Below, one piece after another: positions 50,735 to 61,716 of a DNA stretch of 64,000 nucleotides. Within the stretch, counting starts at the first letter, position 1. The number at the start of each line of letters is the position of its first letter. This DNA comes from an uncultured Acidobacteriota bacterium (GTDB lineage Bacteria; Acidobacteriota; Vicinamibacteria; Vicinamibacterales; SCN-69-37). Made by a program: the position numbers and the translations under genes. The stretch is taken from contig CAWADF010000002.1 of assembly GCA_963780855.1 (NCBI GenBank), positions 207,100 to 271,099 of the forward strand. Direction: 5' to 3'. Under the pieces are notes generated by a model. That model was not told the DNA's origin and ran no database searches. It saw only the letters and a program-made list of their open reading frames with translations.

Positions 50735-52654
50735 TCACGCGGGCGGCGGCGCCATCGCGTCGCGCAGCGCGCCGTAGTTCTTCTCGACGAACGCGTTGTA
50801 CGACGCGTCGACCTCGTCGAGGCTCTTGCCGAACGCCGTCGTGAACGCCTCGGCGTCGGTCGCGCCGTCGGCGTACGCCTTGAGCAGCGTGCGCAGCCCC
50901 TCGTCGCCCTTCAGCTCGACGAGGTGCTCGACGACGAGCGACGCTTCGAAGTACGCGAGCGACAGGTTGCTCGGGATGCTTGAACGCCTCGGGCAGCCCC
51001 TTGACGCCGAAGGTCTGGCCGCTGCCCGAGCTCGGCGCGCGAACTCCAGCGTCAGCTCGCGGCCCCACGCCGGGTTGCGCCGGTGCTCCTCGAAGACCGA
51101 GATGCCTTCGGTCAGCCAGCGCGGCACGCGGTAGTTCGACAACTGCAGCGTGAAGACGTGCGCCAGCTCGTGCCACAGCGTCGCCTGCCAGCTGAATCTC
51201 GCCGGGCTGGCGCGCGCTGCGGCGAGTCCATCGAGACGACGCGGCCGAAGCAGGCGCCGAGCGCGCCGGCGATGCCCGGCAAGCCCGAGCGTGCGCACGG
51301 CGAAGTCGTCGTGCTTGCGGAAACACCTCGATCAGAATCGGCCCCTTGGGCGTGAAGCCGTAGCGCTGCTGGAAGGTCTTGATACGCCTCGCTCGCCGAG
51401 CGGCAGCGCGTACGGCTCGCAGCGCGGCCGACCTCCTGTCTGTCGGGAACTTGAAGATCGATCGGCCGTCGGGCACGACGCTCGAAGTCGTCGAGCTTGT
51501 CGAGCATGGTCGAGCAGGTTCTTCGTGACGCGATTGCTCTTGTCGAGCTCCCACGACGCGCTCGAGCGCTGGTCGCGCCGCCTTCTCGTCGCCCGGTGCG
51601 CAGCAGGTACAGGCCGAGATCGGACGTGCGCATCGGCGTCGTCGGCATCGATCGCGACGGCCCTTTCGCGCAGCGCCGACGGCGTCGTCGAACCGGTAGC
51701 TTCTGCGCGGCCTGCCCCGCCCGCCGCGCGGTACGCCTGCAGCCGAGAGCGGATCGATCTCCTTCGACGCGGGCCAGCGCCGCGTCGACGTCGGCCGGAT
51801 CGTGCTGCTGATACGCGAGCGACACGCGCATCGCCGCCTCGTCCATCGATTCCGCTCGGACTTTGGCCAGCGTGATCGAGCGCGTCGGCCGCGGCGGCGT
51901 AATCTTCCTCGTCGATCGCGCGCTCGGCGATGAGCAGCCAGACGTCGGGACTGTCGGGCGCGATTTTCTTCGCGGCCTCGAACTCGGCCTCCGCGGACTT
52001 CGGGTCGTCGTCGGCCGAACGCGCGCGCGAGCCCGAGATGCGCCGGGACCCACGCCGGATCGGCCGCCAGCGCCTTCTTGTAGTAGTCGGCCGCGTCGGC
52101 CGGCGCGTGGCGCTGCAAGAACAGATCGCCGTACTCGGCGTCTGAATGTCGGCGCGTCCCGCGTTTTCGATCTGCTGGAACGCGTCGTTGGCCAGCAGGT
52201 ACTCGCCGCGTCCGCCGGCGGCCCGCGCCGAGACGGAAGTAGTCCTCGGGACCGGCCAGGTTGCGATTGCTGGCGATGACGTCGAGGCGCCGCGGCCGTC
52301 CGCGCGCTGGCCGTGCCGCAGCTCGAGCAGGCCCAGTTCGAGCGCGGCGTCGCCCAGGGCGAGGCCGTCGCGATCGGCGTCAGCCGCGTCCGCGCCTCGT
52401 CGTCCTTGCCCTCGTAGATGTCGACGAGCGCGGCCGCAGTGTCGCGCGCCTCCGCCGACCCGGCGCGCCGCTCGCCAGTCGGCGCGCCTCGGCAAGGTTG
52501 CCGTGACCGAGCGCGGCGCGGACTTGTCGAATCAGCGGGTCCGGCTGGCCCGCCGTGCCACGGCCGGCTCTGCGCCGCCGCGGCCCGGCGGCCAGCGCGA
52601 TCACCAGCGACAGCGCGGTCCAGCGGCCGAAGTCGTCGAAGACTCGAATCTCAT
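50735..52654 (-). CDS. Secreted TPR-repeat protein with C-terminal peptidase-MA-like HExxH domain, heavily frameshifted
   Basis: Signal WTALSLVIALAAGP. Several TPR-like units. ILIEVFP..DDFAVRTLGLPGIAGALGACFGRVVSMDSP, then zinc motif ATLWHELAHVFTLQLSNYRVPRWLTEGISVFEE. Confidence 0.6.
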
Positions 52655-52699
52655 CGTGCGTGTGGACTCATTGCTATGACGCACGGACGCGTCCGCGGC

Positions 52700-53247
52700 T
52701 TACGCTTGCCGAGCGATCCCGAGCACCCGGCGCTCGAATCGCACGCGCGCCCAGAGCGCCAGTCCGAATGCCAGGATCGCCATGGGGCCCGGCAACGCGC
52801 GCTCCCATCATCATAGCCGCGCCGACCAGCTCGCCGACGACGCCGATGTAGTTCGGATGCGCGACATACCGATAGGGACCGCTCGTCACGAGCGGACGGC
52901 CCGGCAGGATGAGCACGCGAAACGACCAGCGCTCGCCCAGGCTGCGGATCGCCCAGTACTTGAGCGCCTTGGCCGCGACAAACAGCAGCACGCCGGCCGC
53001 GGCCATACGGGCCTGGCGACCGGCATCGCGCCGGTGGCCTGCGCTGCAGGCGCGCCACGAGCCTTCGAGGCCCATCGCCAGAAACGCCGCGGGATACAGC
53101 ACCGCCAGGGCGCGAGTACACGTCGCCCGGCGGCGCGACCGCGCCGCGAGCGCGCAGGCGCGGCCTCGTGCTGGCGCGACACGCCGGCTCTCCGCGAGCA
53201 TCAGCCCGACGATCGACGGCCAGTCAGTGAAGAGCGGCAGTGTTCAT
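52700..53247 (-). CDS. Isoprenylcysteine carboxyl methyltransferase (ICMT)-family membrane methyltransferase, frameshifted
   Basis: KALKYWAIRSLGERWSFRVLILPGRPLVTSGPYRYVAHPNYIGVVGELVGAAMMMGA is the ICMT/PEMT signature. The ATG overlaps the upstream TGA. Confidence 0.7.
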
Positions 53248-54402
53248 GCGGCGTCGCCGGCGTAGCGGACGACGCGGCCGACCAGGCCCGGCGCGACAGG
53301 CGCCGGCCACTCGGCCAGCGCGAATGGCCACGCGCGAGCCGACGAGCGCGCGCAACCGTGCGATTGAAGCGCAGCTTCGCGCCCAACTCGGTCTGCCGCG
53401 CGTCGGCCAGTCGGCAGGACGCGCCGATCGAACGTCCCCGACTTCGAGGGCGCGCAGGACCTCCTCGCGCGGCGAGCACGGCGCCGCGCATCGCGAGGTG
53501 GAGGCCGTCGCCCGTCATCGGGTCGATGAAGCCGGCCGCGTCGCCGGCCAGCAGCAGCCCGTCAACGCCCGGCGCCGCGCCTCGACCGCCAGCGGCCCGA
53601 GCACGCGACCGGCGCGACGAATTGAGCCGCTCGCGAAGCGGGTCGGCAGCGCGCGGGTCGCGCGCGATCGCCCGCCGGATCGACGTCGAGCGGCGTGCGC
53701 CCGACGGGCCGCGGGCCGGTCACGAGCGCAGACGTTCGCGCAGGTCCGTCGGCGAGCGGCGCGATGCCGAGGTAGTCGGCCCGGGCGAACGTGCATCTCG
53801 CCGACGTCCGACACGTCCCGCGATGCCGGTCGCGTACGCGCCGAACGCCCAGCGCCGCGGCCGCGCGGGATGCGCGGCTGAGGCCGAGGCCGCGCGCGAC
53901 GGCCGACCGGCGGCCGTCGGCGGCGATGCGTCATCGCCGCGGGCACGCGGGCGCGTCGGTCGCCGTGCCCGCGCCGGCGCAAGGACGAGGCCGCGCACGA
54001 GCCGGCCCGCTGTGCGTCGTGTCGAGCAGCGGGCCGCGGACGACCAGCCGCGGCTCGAACCGCGCGCCGGCGCGCAACGCCTGGTCGAGCAGCCAGCGCG
54101 TCCAACATCGCGGCGCGTGATCGCGCGCCCGACGTCGCCCGCGCGGGTAGCGGCCCGCACCCGCTGCGTGTGGCCGGTCACGAGCATGCCCGCGCAGCGG
54201 CGGCGCGCCGCGCCAGCGGGCCGCCGTCAGAGCCCGAGCGACGCGAGCAGGGCCACGCCGCCCGGATTGAGCGTGTCGCCGCACAGCTTGTCGCGCGGGA
54301 ACGCCTCGCGATCGACGATGAGCACGCGCGCGCCCGCGCGCGCGAGCAGCAGCGCGGCGACCGACCCGGCCGGCCCGGCCCCGCGATGAGGACGTCGAGC
54401 AT
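53244..54402 (-). CDS. FAD-dependent oxidoreductase of the geranylgeranyl-reductase family, frameshifted
   Basis: MLDVLIAGAGPAGSVAALLLARAGARVLIVDREAFPRDKLCGDTLNPGG (dinucleotide fold) and the late motif AGFIDPMTGDGLHLAMRGA. Confidence 0.7.
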
Positions 54403-54411
54403 GCGTGGCGC

Positions 54412-55703
54412 TCACCGACGTGCGCCCGAGCACGAGCGCGCTGTTCTTCGATCCGAAGCCGAGGCAGTTGCAGAGCGCGGCCTCGACCTGCGTCGCGCGC
54501 GCCGTGTTCGGGATGAAGTCGAGATCGCACGCCGGATCCGGATCGCGTGAGGTTGATCGTCGGCGGCAGGACGCCGCGATGACAGCGCGAGCGCCGCCGT
54601 GACGACGCCGGCGGCGCCGCTCGCGCCCTGCGGATGGCCGATCATCGACTTGGTCGACGATCCCGGCCAGCCGATCGGCGTGCCGCCGAACACCCGCCGC
54701 ACGCACCGCGACTCGACCGCGTCGTTGAGCACGGTCGACGTGCCGTGATAGTTGACGTAGCCGATCTCTTCGGGCGGCGCGGCCGGCCCGCTCGAGCGCG
54801 AGCGTCATCGCGCGGACGATCTCGGCGCCGTCGGGATCCATCTGCACGCGATGATAGGCGTCGCAGGTCGACCCGTAGCCGTCGATCGTCGCGTAGACGC
54901 GCGCGCCGCGCGCCCGCGCGCGATCCTCGCGCTCGAGCGTCATCATCCACGCGCCCTCGCCGAGCACGAAGCCGTCGCGGCCGCGGTCGAACGGCCGCGA
55001 CGCCTCGCGCGGGCCGGTCGTTGTAGCTGCGTCGACGACGACGCGCATCCGGCAGAAGCCGAAGATCATGCCCGGCGTCACGCACGCGTCGGCGCCGCCG
55101 GTCAGGAGCACGTCGGCCTCGCCGTGGCGGATGAGCGCCGCGGCGTAGCCGATCGCGTCGGTCGAGCTCGTGCAGCCGGTCGACAGCACGTGGCTGACGC
55201 CGCGCAGCCCGAGCGCGATCGAGATCTCGCTCGACACGATGCCGACGATCGACACGGGAATCGCGTACGGCGAGACGCGGTGCGCGCGCCGCTGAAGTAG
55301 TCGCCGTACTGCCGCTCGGCGACGTCGATGCCGCCCGCGCCGCTGCCGACGACCACGCCGGCGTCCTCGGCGCCCGGGTCGAGGCCGGCGTCGCGCAACG
55401 CCTCGCGCGCGGCGAGCACGGCGATGCGCGAGACCTTGGCGTAGCGCCGCGGATCGGCGCGGCCGCGCGTTCGGCGTCGGCTCGCCCGCATCGGCGCCCT
55501 GGGCGCCGAGCTGCGTCGAGCGCCGCGTCGGGCACCGAGCGCGGCGACCCGACAGGCCAGGTGCGACGCGTCGAAGTCGGTGATCGCGCGCGTGCCGCTC
55601 ACGCCGCGCGCGACGTGGCTCCAGAACAGCGTCGCGGCCGACGCCGAACGGCGAGACGACGCCGATGCCCGTGATCGCGACGCGCGGCCGCGGTCCGAGC
55701 CAT
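54412..55703 (-). CDS. Beta-ketoacyl-ACP synthase (KAS I/II, FabF/FabB-like), frameshifted
   Basis: VAITGIGVVSPFG, active-site Cys context VLSTGCTSSTDAIGYA, LLTGGADA, DGFVLGEGA, STCDAYHRVQMDPDG, SSTKSMIGHPQGASGA, NCLGFGSKNSALVLG. Confidence 0.85.
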
Positions 55704-55726
55704 CCCGTCTCTATAATACGACTCGG

Positions 55727-56495
55727 ATGTCACGCGCCGCCGCGCAACGGTCCGCCGACCCGCGATGCTTCGCCGCTAGCCGGCGGGCTGCTGTTCGTCG
55801 CGTCGCTCCTGTACTTCGGCGCGAGCTATGTCGTGGCGGTTCGACGCCGTGCCGGCGCCGGACGATCGCCTGGCTGGCGCCACGCTCGATCGATCGTCGC
55901 GCTGTTCACGGCGTTCGCGCTGCACCACTCGGTGTTCGCGCGCGCCGGGCTGAAGTCCTGGATCCGACGCGCCTGGCGCCGCCGGCGCTCGAGCGATCGA
56001 TCTACGTCTGGATCGCGAGCCTGCTGTTCGTCGCCGTGTGCGCGTGCTGGCAGCCCGTCCCCGGCGTGTGGCCTGGCCGGCCGGCGAGGCGGGCGTGTCG
56101 TTCTGCGCAGCCTGCGGCGGCCGCGCATGATCGCGGCGATGCTACTCTGGCCCGCCGGCTCGACGTGCTTCGATGCTCGCCGGCGTCCGGCAGGTCCTCG
56201 CCCGCGCGCCGCGCGAGCATCGCACGCGGCTCGAGCAGACGCGGTCCGTACGCCCTCGTCCGCCACCCGATCTACCTCGGCTGGTGGCTGCTCGTCGTCT
56301 GGCCGGCGCCGCGTCATGAACGGCACGCGGCTCGTCTTCGCCGTGAGCCGAGCATCGCGTCGTATCTCGTTCGCTGGCCGTGCCGTTCGAGGAGCGCGAT
56401 CTGCGCCGATTCTTCGGCGCGTCGTACGACGCCTACGCGCGGCGCGTGCGCTGGCGCATCGTCCCGGCGTGTACGCAGCGCCGAGTTACAGATAA
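55727..56495 (+). CDS. Membrane methyltransferase-family protein (PEMT/ICMT/NnrU-like), frameshifted
   Basis: TATAAT lies 9 nt upstream of the ATG. LAGGLLFVASLLYFGASYVV, ERSIYVWIASLLFVAVCACWQPVPG, RGPYALVRHPIYLGWWLLVVW, PFEERDLRRFFGASYDAYARRVRWRIVPGVY. Confidence 0.55.
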
Positions 56496-56776
56496 GACCA
56501 TCGACTGATGCGACGGATCTCGAACCGCCGGCGGCAGCGCGAGCAGTTCACGAAGTCGTCCACGCGATAGAGTGATCGCGCAGCTTCGCGTAGAGCGCGC
56601 GATCGCGCTCGTCCGCGCCCGGGCGGCAGCCGATCCTTCTTCGTCCGTCGCACCCACTTGATCTGGTAGTCGTCGCGATGCCGGCACTGCGGGCACGCCA
56701 GCGACATCGGCTTCGTCTCGATCTTCTCGGTGAAGAAATCCCGCTCGTTGAGCGACATATCGCCGATGTAGCACAT
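56486..56776 (-). CDS. Small hypothetical protein with two CxxC pairs (zinc-ribbon-like), frameshifted
   Basis: MCYIGDMSLNERDFFTEKIETKPMSLACPQCRHRDDYQIKWVRRTKKD ... VDDFVNCSRCRRRFEI. Confidence 0.35.
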   Translation of the reverse strand: MCYIGDMSLNERDFFTEKIETKPMSLACPQCRHRDDYQIKWVRRTKKDRLPPGRGRARSRALREAARSLYRVDDFVNCSRCRRRFEIRRISRWSYL

Positions 56777-56846
56777 GCGCGCGGGTCCCATGCACGGCAT
56801 CGGGGCGCACCGTGACGCCCGGCGTCCGTTCGCTGTAATGACACGC

Positions 56847-57967
56847 ATGAAGACTGCTCTTCTTCATCTCCGGCCACGGCTTCGGCCACGCGTCGCGCGA
56901 CGTCGAGGTCATCAACGCGCTGGGCGCCCTGCCCCGCCCGCCGCGGATCGTCATCCGATCGGCCGTCGCGCCCGATCTGCTGGCGCGAACGCTCCGCGGC
57001 CCGTACGAGCTGCGCCCGGGCGCCTGCGACACCGGCATCGTCCAGGCCGACAGCGTGGCGCACGACGACGCAGGCGACGGTGCGCGAGGCGCTGGCCTTC
57101 TACGCGACCTTCGACGCCGGATCGACGCCGAGGCGCGAGCGCTCGCCGGCGACGAGCGTCGCGCTCATCGTCGGCGACATCCCGCCGCTCGCGTTCGAGG
57201 TCGCGGCGCGGCTCGGCGTGCCGTCGCGTCGCGATCGGCAACTTCACCGTGGGACTGGATCTACGAGGCGCACCGCGGCATTCGCGCGTCGAGGCCGCGG
57301 GACTGCTGCCGCGGCTGCGGCACGCGTACGCCAGAGCCACGCTCGCGCTCGAGCTGCCGTTCGCCGGCGGCTTCGACGTCTTCCCAGCGCGTCCGCCGCA
57401 TGCCCCTCATCGCCCGGCGGCCGACCCGCGACCGCGCGACGACGCGCGCGCACTTCGGTCTGCCGCTCCACCGGCCCGTCGCGCTGCTGTCGTTCGGCGG
57501 CTACGGCCTGCCGTGCGCTCGACCTCGACCGCCTCGACTGCCTCGACGCCTGGACCGTGGTCGACGACCGATCGATCGGCCCCGTCGGCCACGCACGGCA
57601 GCCGCCATCGGGTGGTGCATCGCGGAGACGCGTGTTCGCTGCCACCGGCTTCCGGTACGAGGACCTGGTCGCGGCCGTCGGACGTCGTCGTCACGAAGCC
57701 GGGCTACGGGATCATCGCCGGAGTGCATCGCGACCGGCACGGCGATGCTCTACACGTCGCGCGGCGCGTTCCGCGAGTACGACCTGCTCGTCGCCGAGAT
57801 GCCGCGCTACGTGCGCTGCCGGTTCATCAGTCAGGCGGATCTGTTCGCCGGCCGCTGGCGGGAGGCGCTCGACGGCCCTCGCAGCCGCACCGCCTCCACC
57901 GAAACGCCTGGCGACGAACGGCGCGGAGGTCGCCGCGGGCATCCTGCGGGAGTTCCTGGACAGCTAG
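56847..57967 (+). CDS. GT-B-fold glycosyltransferase-like protein (GT1/GT28 C-terminal type), frameshifted
   Basis: MKTALLFISGHGFGHASRDVEVINAL, VALLSFGGYG, DVVVTKPGYGIIAECIATGTAMLYTSRGAFREYD. Confidence 0.5.
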
Positions 57968-58589
57968 CCGGCCGACGCCGCCAGCGCAGCACGAACGCCG
58001 GCGGGAAGTTCCGCAGCGACGAACGTGCGCTCGGCGCGCTGCCCCAGGCGCTCGCTCAGGTCGCGGCGGAAGGCGATCGCCGGCGGCAGAGCGAAGCCGT
58101 GCACGTACTGGAACGTCGTGAACGTGCCGCCCGGCCGAAGCACGCGCGCGATCGCCGTCGAGAATCGTCCGGGTGGTCGTCGCACCGGCAGACTCGCGAA
58201 CGGCAGGCCGGACACGATGTGATCGACCGGCGTCGAGCCCGTGAGCGGCCGCGAGCTGAACGAGCTCGACGGCCGACGCGCACACGCACCGTCGACCGCC
58301 GGGCAAGGACTGTCCGAGCCTGCCGGACGAACGCGGGTTCGATCTCGACGGCGAGGAATCGGCCGGTCGATCCGAGGCCGATCGACGATCGCGCCGGTGA
58401 ACGCGCCGGTGCCGGGACCAAGCTCGACGACCGGCGCTGCGCGCCGCCAGCACCCAGGCTCGCCACCATGGCGGCCGCGAGGTGACGGCTGCTCGGCGTG
58501 ACGGCGCCGACCGTCCCGGGCTGCCGCAGAAATGTCCGAGGAGCAGCGCCTGTTCGCGCCAGCGGGTTCGGACCGGACGACTCAGCCAT
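57964..58589 (-). CDS. Class I SAM-dependent methyltransferase, frameshifted
   Basis: FLRQPGTVGAVTPSSRHLAAAMV, motif I VVELGPGTGAFTGAI, VSGLPFASLP, LRPGGTFTTFQY. Confidence 0.6.
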
Positions 58590-60472
58590 GGCGCGCCGTC
58601 ACGCCGCGATCAGGACGTGCGCGCGCGGCGCCGAGCTCCGTGAGGACCCGCTCGGCGGTTTCGGGCGAGCCGTGCAGCGACGTCATCTGCACGCCCTCCA
58701 CGCGGTCGCGCAGCCAGCGCGCGATCTCGACCGTCGCCGCCAGCGCCTCGTCCGCGGGACGCTCGGCGCTGCGCAGCCGATCGAGCAGCGCGTCGGCCAC
58801 CCGCACGCCGACGACCTCGCTCGCCAGGAACTCGGCCTGCCGCACGCTCTCGAGCGCCGCGACGCCCGCCAGCGACGGGCAGGCCGGTCGCACGTCAGCC
58901 GCGGCCAGACCGCGTCGAACGCCGTCGAGATCGAGCACGGGCGGCGTCACGAGGAACTCGGCGCCGGCCTCGACCTTGTGCGCGAGCCGCCGCCACTCGG
59001 CGTCGGGATTCGGCGCGAAACGGGTTGACGCGCGACGCCGATGTGGAACCGCGTCGGCGCGCCGATCGGCTGGCCGCCGATGTCGAGCCCGTGGTTGAGC
59101 CGCGGCGACCATGTTGGTGAGGCCGATCGGCGTCGACGTCGAAGACCGAGGTCGCGTCCGCGTAGGTGCCCTGCGGCGCCGGGTTGCCCGTCGTCAGCAG
59201 CACGTTGCGGAGGCCCATCGCGTGCGCGCCGACGAGATCCGACTGCATGCCCGATCAGCGTGCGATCGCGGCACGAGTAGTGCAGCAGCGTCTCGACGCC
59301 GGCCTTGCTGCTCGATCAGCGACGCGAGCGCCAGCGCGCTCGCGCGCGCGCCGGCCTTCGGGTAGTCCGGCACGTTGACGGCCATCGCGCCGAGGTCGCT
59401 GGAACCGGCGCGCCTGCGCACGACGGCGGCCGCCAGATCGAGTCCGCGCGGCGCGGCGACCTCGGCGAGCACGACGAACTGCCGGTCGGCGAACGCGCGC
59501 GCCAGCGCGCGACTTCTCGCGCCGATCGACGGCCAGCGGCGTCGGCGGCCGGCGCCTCGACGACGACCGCCGGCGCGGGCCGGCGCGCGCCGGCGGGCGC
59601 CATCGCGCGCACGGCCAGCGCTGATCTGGCGCATGTGATCGGGCGTCGTGCCGCAGCAGCCGCCGACGAGCCGCACGCCGGCCGCGATGAACCGGCGCGC
59701 GTAGCTCGCCATGTACTCGGGCGAACCCAGATACAGGTTGCGGCCGTCGACGTCGCGCGGGCGGCCGGCGTTCGGCTGCGCGGACAGCCGCGCGCGCGTG
59801 AGCCGCGCCATGCGCTCGATCGTCTCGAGCATCGCCGCCGGCCCGACGCTGCAGTTGACGCCGATCACGTCGGCGCCGGCCCGCTCGAGCTCGGGCGCGA
59901 ACGTCTCGGGCGGCGTGCCGTCGAGACTGTTGCCGTCGTCGTCGGTCGTCATCTGCGCGACGATCGGCAGCGGCGACACGCGCGCGCACGGCGCGAATGG
60001 CGGCCTTCAACTCGTTCAGGTCGCGGAACGTCTCGAGGATGAACAGATCCACGCCGCCTTCGGCCAGCGCCGCGGCCTGCTCGCGAAAGGCGGCCTCGGC
60101 TTCGTCGACGCCCGTCTGGCCCCACGGCTCGATGCGGACGCCGAGCGGGCCGATCGATCCGGCGACCCAGGCGGCGTCGCGCGCCGCGTGCCGGGCGATG
60201 CGCGCGCCCTGGACGTTGATCGCGCGCGACCTGGTCGGACCAGGCCGAAGTTGGCGAGCTTGAAGCGGTTGGCGCCGAACGTGTTCGTCTCGAGCACGTC
60301 GGCGCCGGCGCGCACGTAGTCGCGATGGACGCTCGGCGACCAGGTCGGGCTGCGTCAGGTTCAGCTCGTCGAAGCAGCGATTGAGGAAGATGCCGCGGCG
60401 CGTACAGCATCGTGCCCATCGCGCCGTCACACACGAGCACGCGGGCATCGAGCGCGTCGAGAAAGGAGGGGG
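58582..60472 (-). CDS. Bifunctional homocysteine S-methyltransferase / 5,10-methylenetetrahydrofolate reductase (YitJ-like), heavily frameshifted; start approximate
   Basis: FLDALDARVLVCDGAMGTMLY, VHRDYVRAGADVLETNTFGAN, DLFILETF, VGVNCSVGP, VRLVGGCCGTTPDHM; then the MTHFR half FVVLAEVAAPRG, HYSCRDR, GLRNVLLTTGNP, EFLVTPPVLD. Confidence 0.8.
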
Positions 60473-60478
60473 CACGCT

Positions 60479-60620
60479 GGATCTACAAGGTTCTACAGGG
60501 TTCACGGGTCACGGGTCACCAGGTCGGCATGTTCTGAGCCAGCGAGTCGCTGAATCGCCTCCGCACATGTCGCAGAACCTGGAGAACCGTAGAACCTGTA
60601 GACCCGTGAACTTGTAGATC
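60479..60620. repeat. Imperfect palindrome of GTTCTAC/GTTCACG/GTCACGG words with perfect 10-bp termini GATCTACAAG
   Basis: GATCTACAAGGTTCTACAGGGTTCACGGGTCACGGGTCACC ... centre with palindrome CAGCGAGTCGCTG ... GAGAACCGTAGAACCTGTAGACCCGTGAACTTGTAGATC. Confidence 0.7.
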
Positions 60621-60629
60621 TCGTTGTCG

Positions 60630-61069
60630 CTACTTCCCTGTCGCCGCGGGCACGAGCAGGTCCTGCTTGTCCCAGATGAAGTCTTCGTTGCTGTAGACGG
60701 CCAGCTCGTAGTCCTTGCCCATGAAGATCGCCGACACCGGGCAGGCTTCTTCGCAGTAGCCGCAGAAGATGCAGCGCGTCTTGTGAATCTGGTAGATCGA
60801 CGCGTAGCGCGGCCCGGCCTGGACGGTGCCGTCGTTTTCGGCCGGCTCGAGGTAGATCGCGTCGGCGGGACACGCGACGGCGCACAGCCCGCACGCGACG
60901 CACTTCTCCAGGCCGTTCTCGTCCCGCATCAGCACCTGCTTGCCGCGGTACTTCGGGAACACCGGGCACCTTTTCGGCCGGATAGTTCACCGTGTTCGGC
61001 CTGCTTGAAGATGTGCTTGAACGTCGTGGCGAAGCCGATCAGGAACGGCCGGATCATGGGGGCAATCAT
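60630..61069 (-). CDS. nuoI: NuoI-like 2x[4Fe-4S] ferredoxin subunit of NADH:quinone oxidoreductase, two frameshifts near the 5' end
   Basis: MIAPMIRPFLIGFATTFKHIFK..PNTVNYPAEKVP..FPKYRGKQVLMRDENGLEKCVACGLCAVACP...CIFCGYCEEACP. No other nuo genes flank it. Confidence 0.75.
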
Positions 61070-61077
61070 ATCAAACG

Positions 61078-61175
61078 TGCCTGGTGCCAAGTGCCGCGTG
61101 CTTGGTGCGGTGCCCAGTGCGTGCTTGGTGCCGTGCTCGGTGCCGTGCTTGGTGCCGTGCTTGGTGCCGTGCCCT
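61078..61175. repeat. Left inverted arm (about 100 nt) of GGTGCC/GTGCTT words flanking the four-helix-bundle gene
   Basis: GTGCCTGGTGCCAAGTGCCGCGTGCTTGGTGCGGTGCCCAGTGCGTGCTTGGTGCCGTGCTCGGTGCCGTGCTTGGTGCCGTGCTTGGTGCCGTGCC. Confidence 0.7.
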
Positions 61176-61248
61176 GCGGGTCCTGTGTCCTGTGCAATGA
61201 CTGCGCCTTGCTGAGTGCTGAGCTGGCGCCTTGCTCATCGTTCATCAC

Positions 61249-61640
61249 TCATCCACGATCCGAGCCTGGACCGAGCGTCCTGTCGTCCGGATCTGGTGTG
61301 CTTCGGAGATCGCGATGGAGGGCGGTGAGCGACGCCATCGCCTTGCCGGCGAGCGCGTCCAGTGTTTCAGCTTCGTCGCTGGTGATAAAGCCAGACTCCT
61401 GCGCCTCGATGAGGTGATCCATGATCTCTCCCAGTGACGCGTGACTGGACGTCAGGGCATCGCCGCCATGCCCGCAACTCCCGCGGCTGCCTCGCTCCCA
61501 CGGATTCGTCCCCTGCAAGAATCGCCGCGGTCGTCGGACAGCGATTCTTGCGCTGTCGCGCGCGACGCGTGCAGTTCCTGCGATCGCGGAAGGATTCGGT
61601 GTCTGCAGAATCTTGCAACCAGTCGCGCGCGACACCGCGC
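61249..61640 (-). CDS. Four-helix-bundle protein (23S rRNA intervening-sequence protein family, PF05635-like), frameshifted; start approximate
   Basis: C-terminal half SLGEIMDHLIEAQESGFITSDEAETLDALAGKAMASLTALHRDL fits the GSxxE...(g)yi...L...L pattern of the family. Upstream ESFRD and an AEG-like segment are scattered over frames. Confidence 0.4.
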
Positions 61641-61716
61641 ACCGCGCGATGTCTCGACTCAGGGATCGAGACCAGGCACTCTTGGGGCAACGGCACCGAC
61701 CCCGCCCGCCCGCCGG

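Noticed and set aside
52700-55703. An srsABC-type alkylresorcinol operon with a type III PKS.
   Set aside because: The condensing enzyme has FabF/FabB-type motifs (STGCTSS, CDAYH, SSTKSMIGHPQGASG) and is about 430 aa, so it is not a chalcone-synthase-like type III PKS. Only the operon logic is similar.
60473-60629. SAM or cobalamin riboswitch upstream of the homocysteine methyltransferase/MTHFR gene.
   Set aside because: The leader is occupied by the GTTCTAC/GTTCACG word palindrome. None of the conserved SAM-I or B12-box sequence elements is present.
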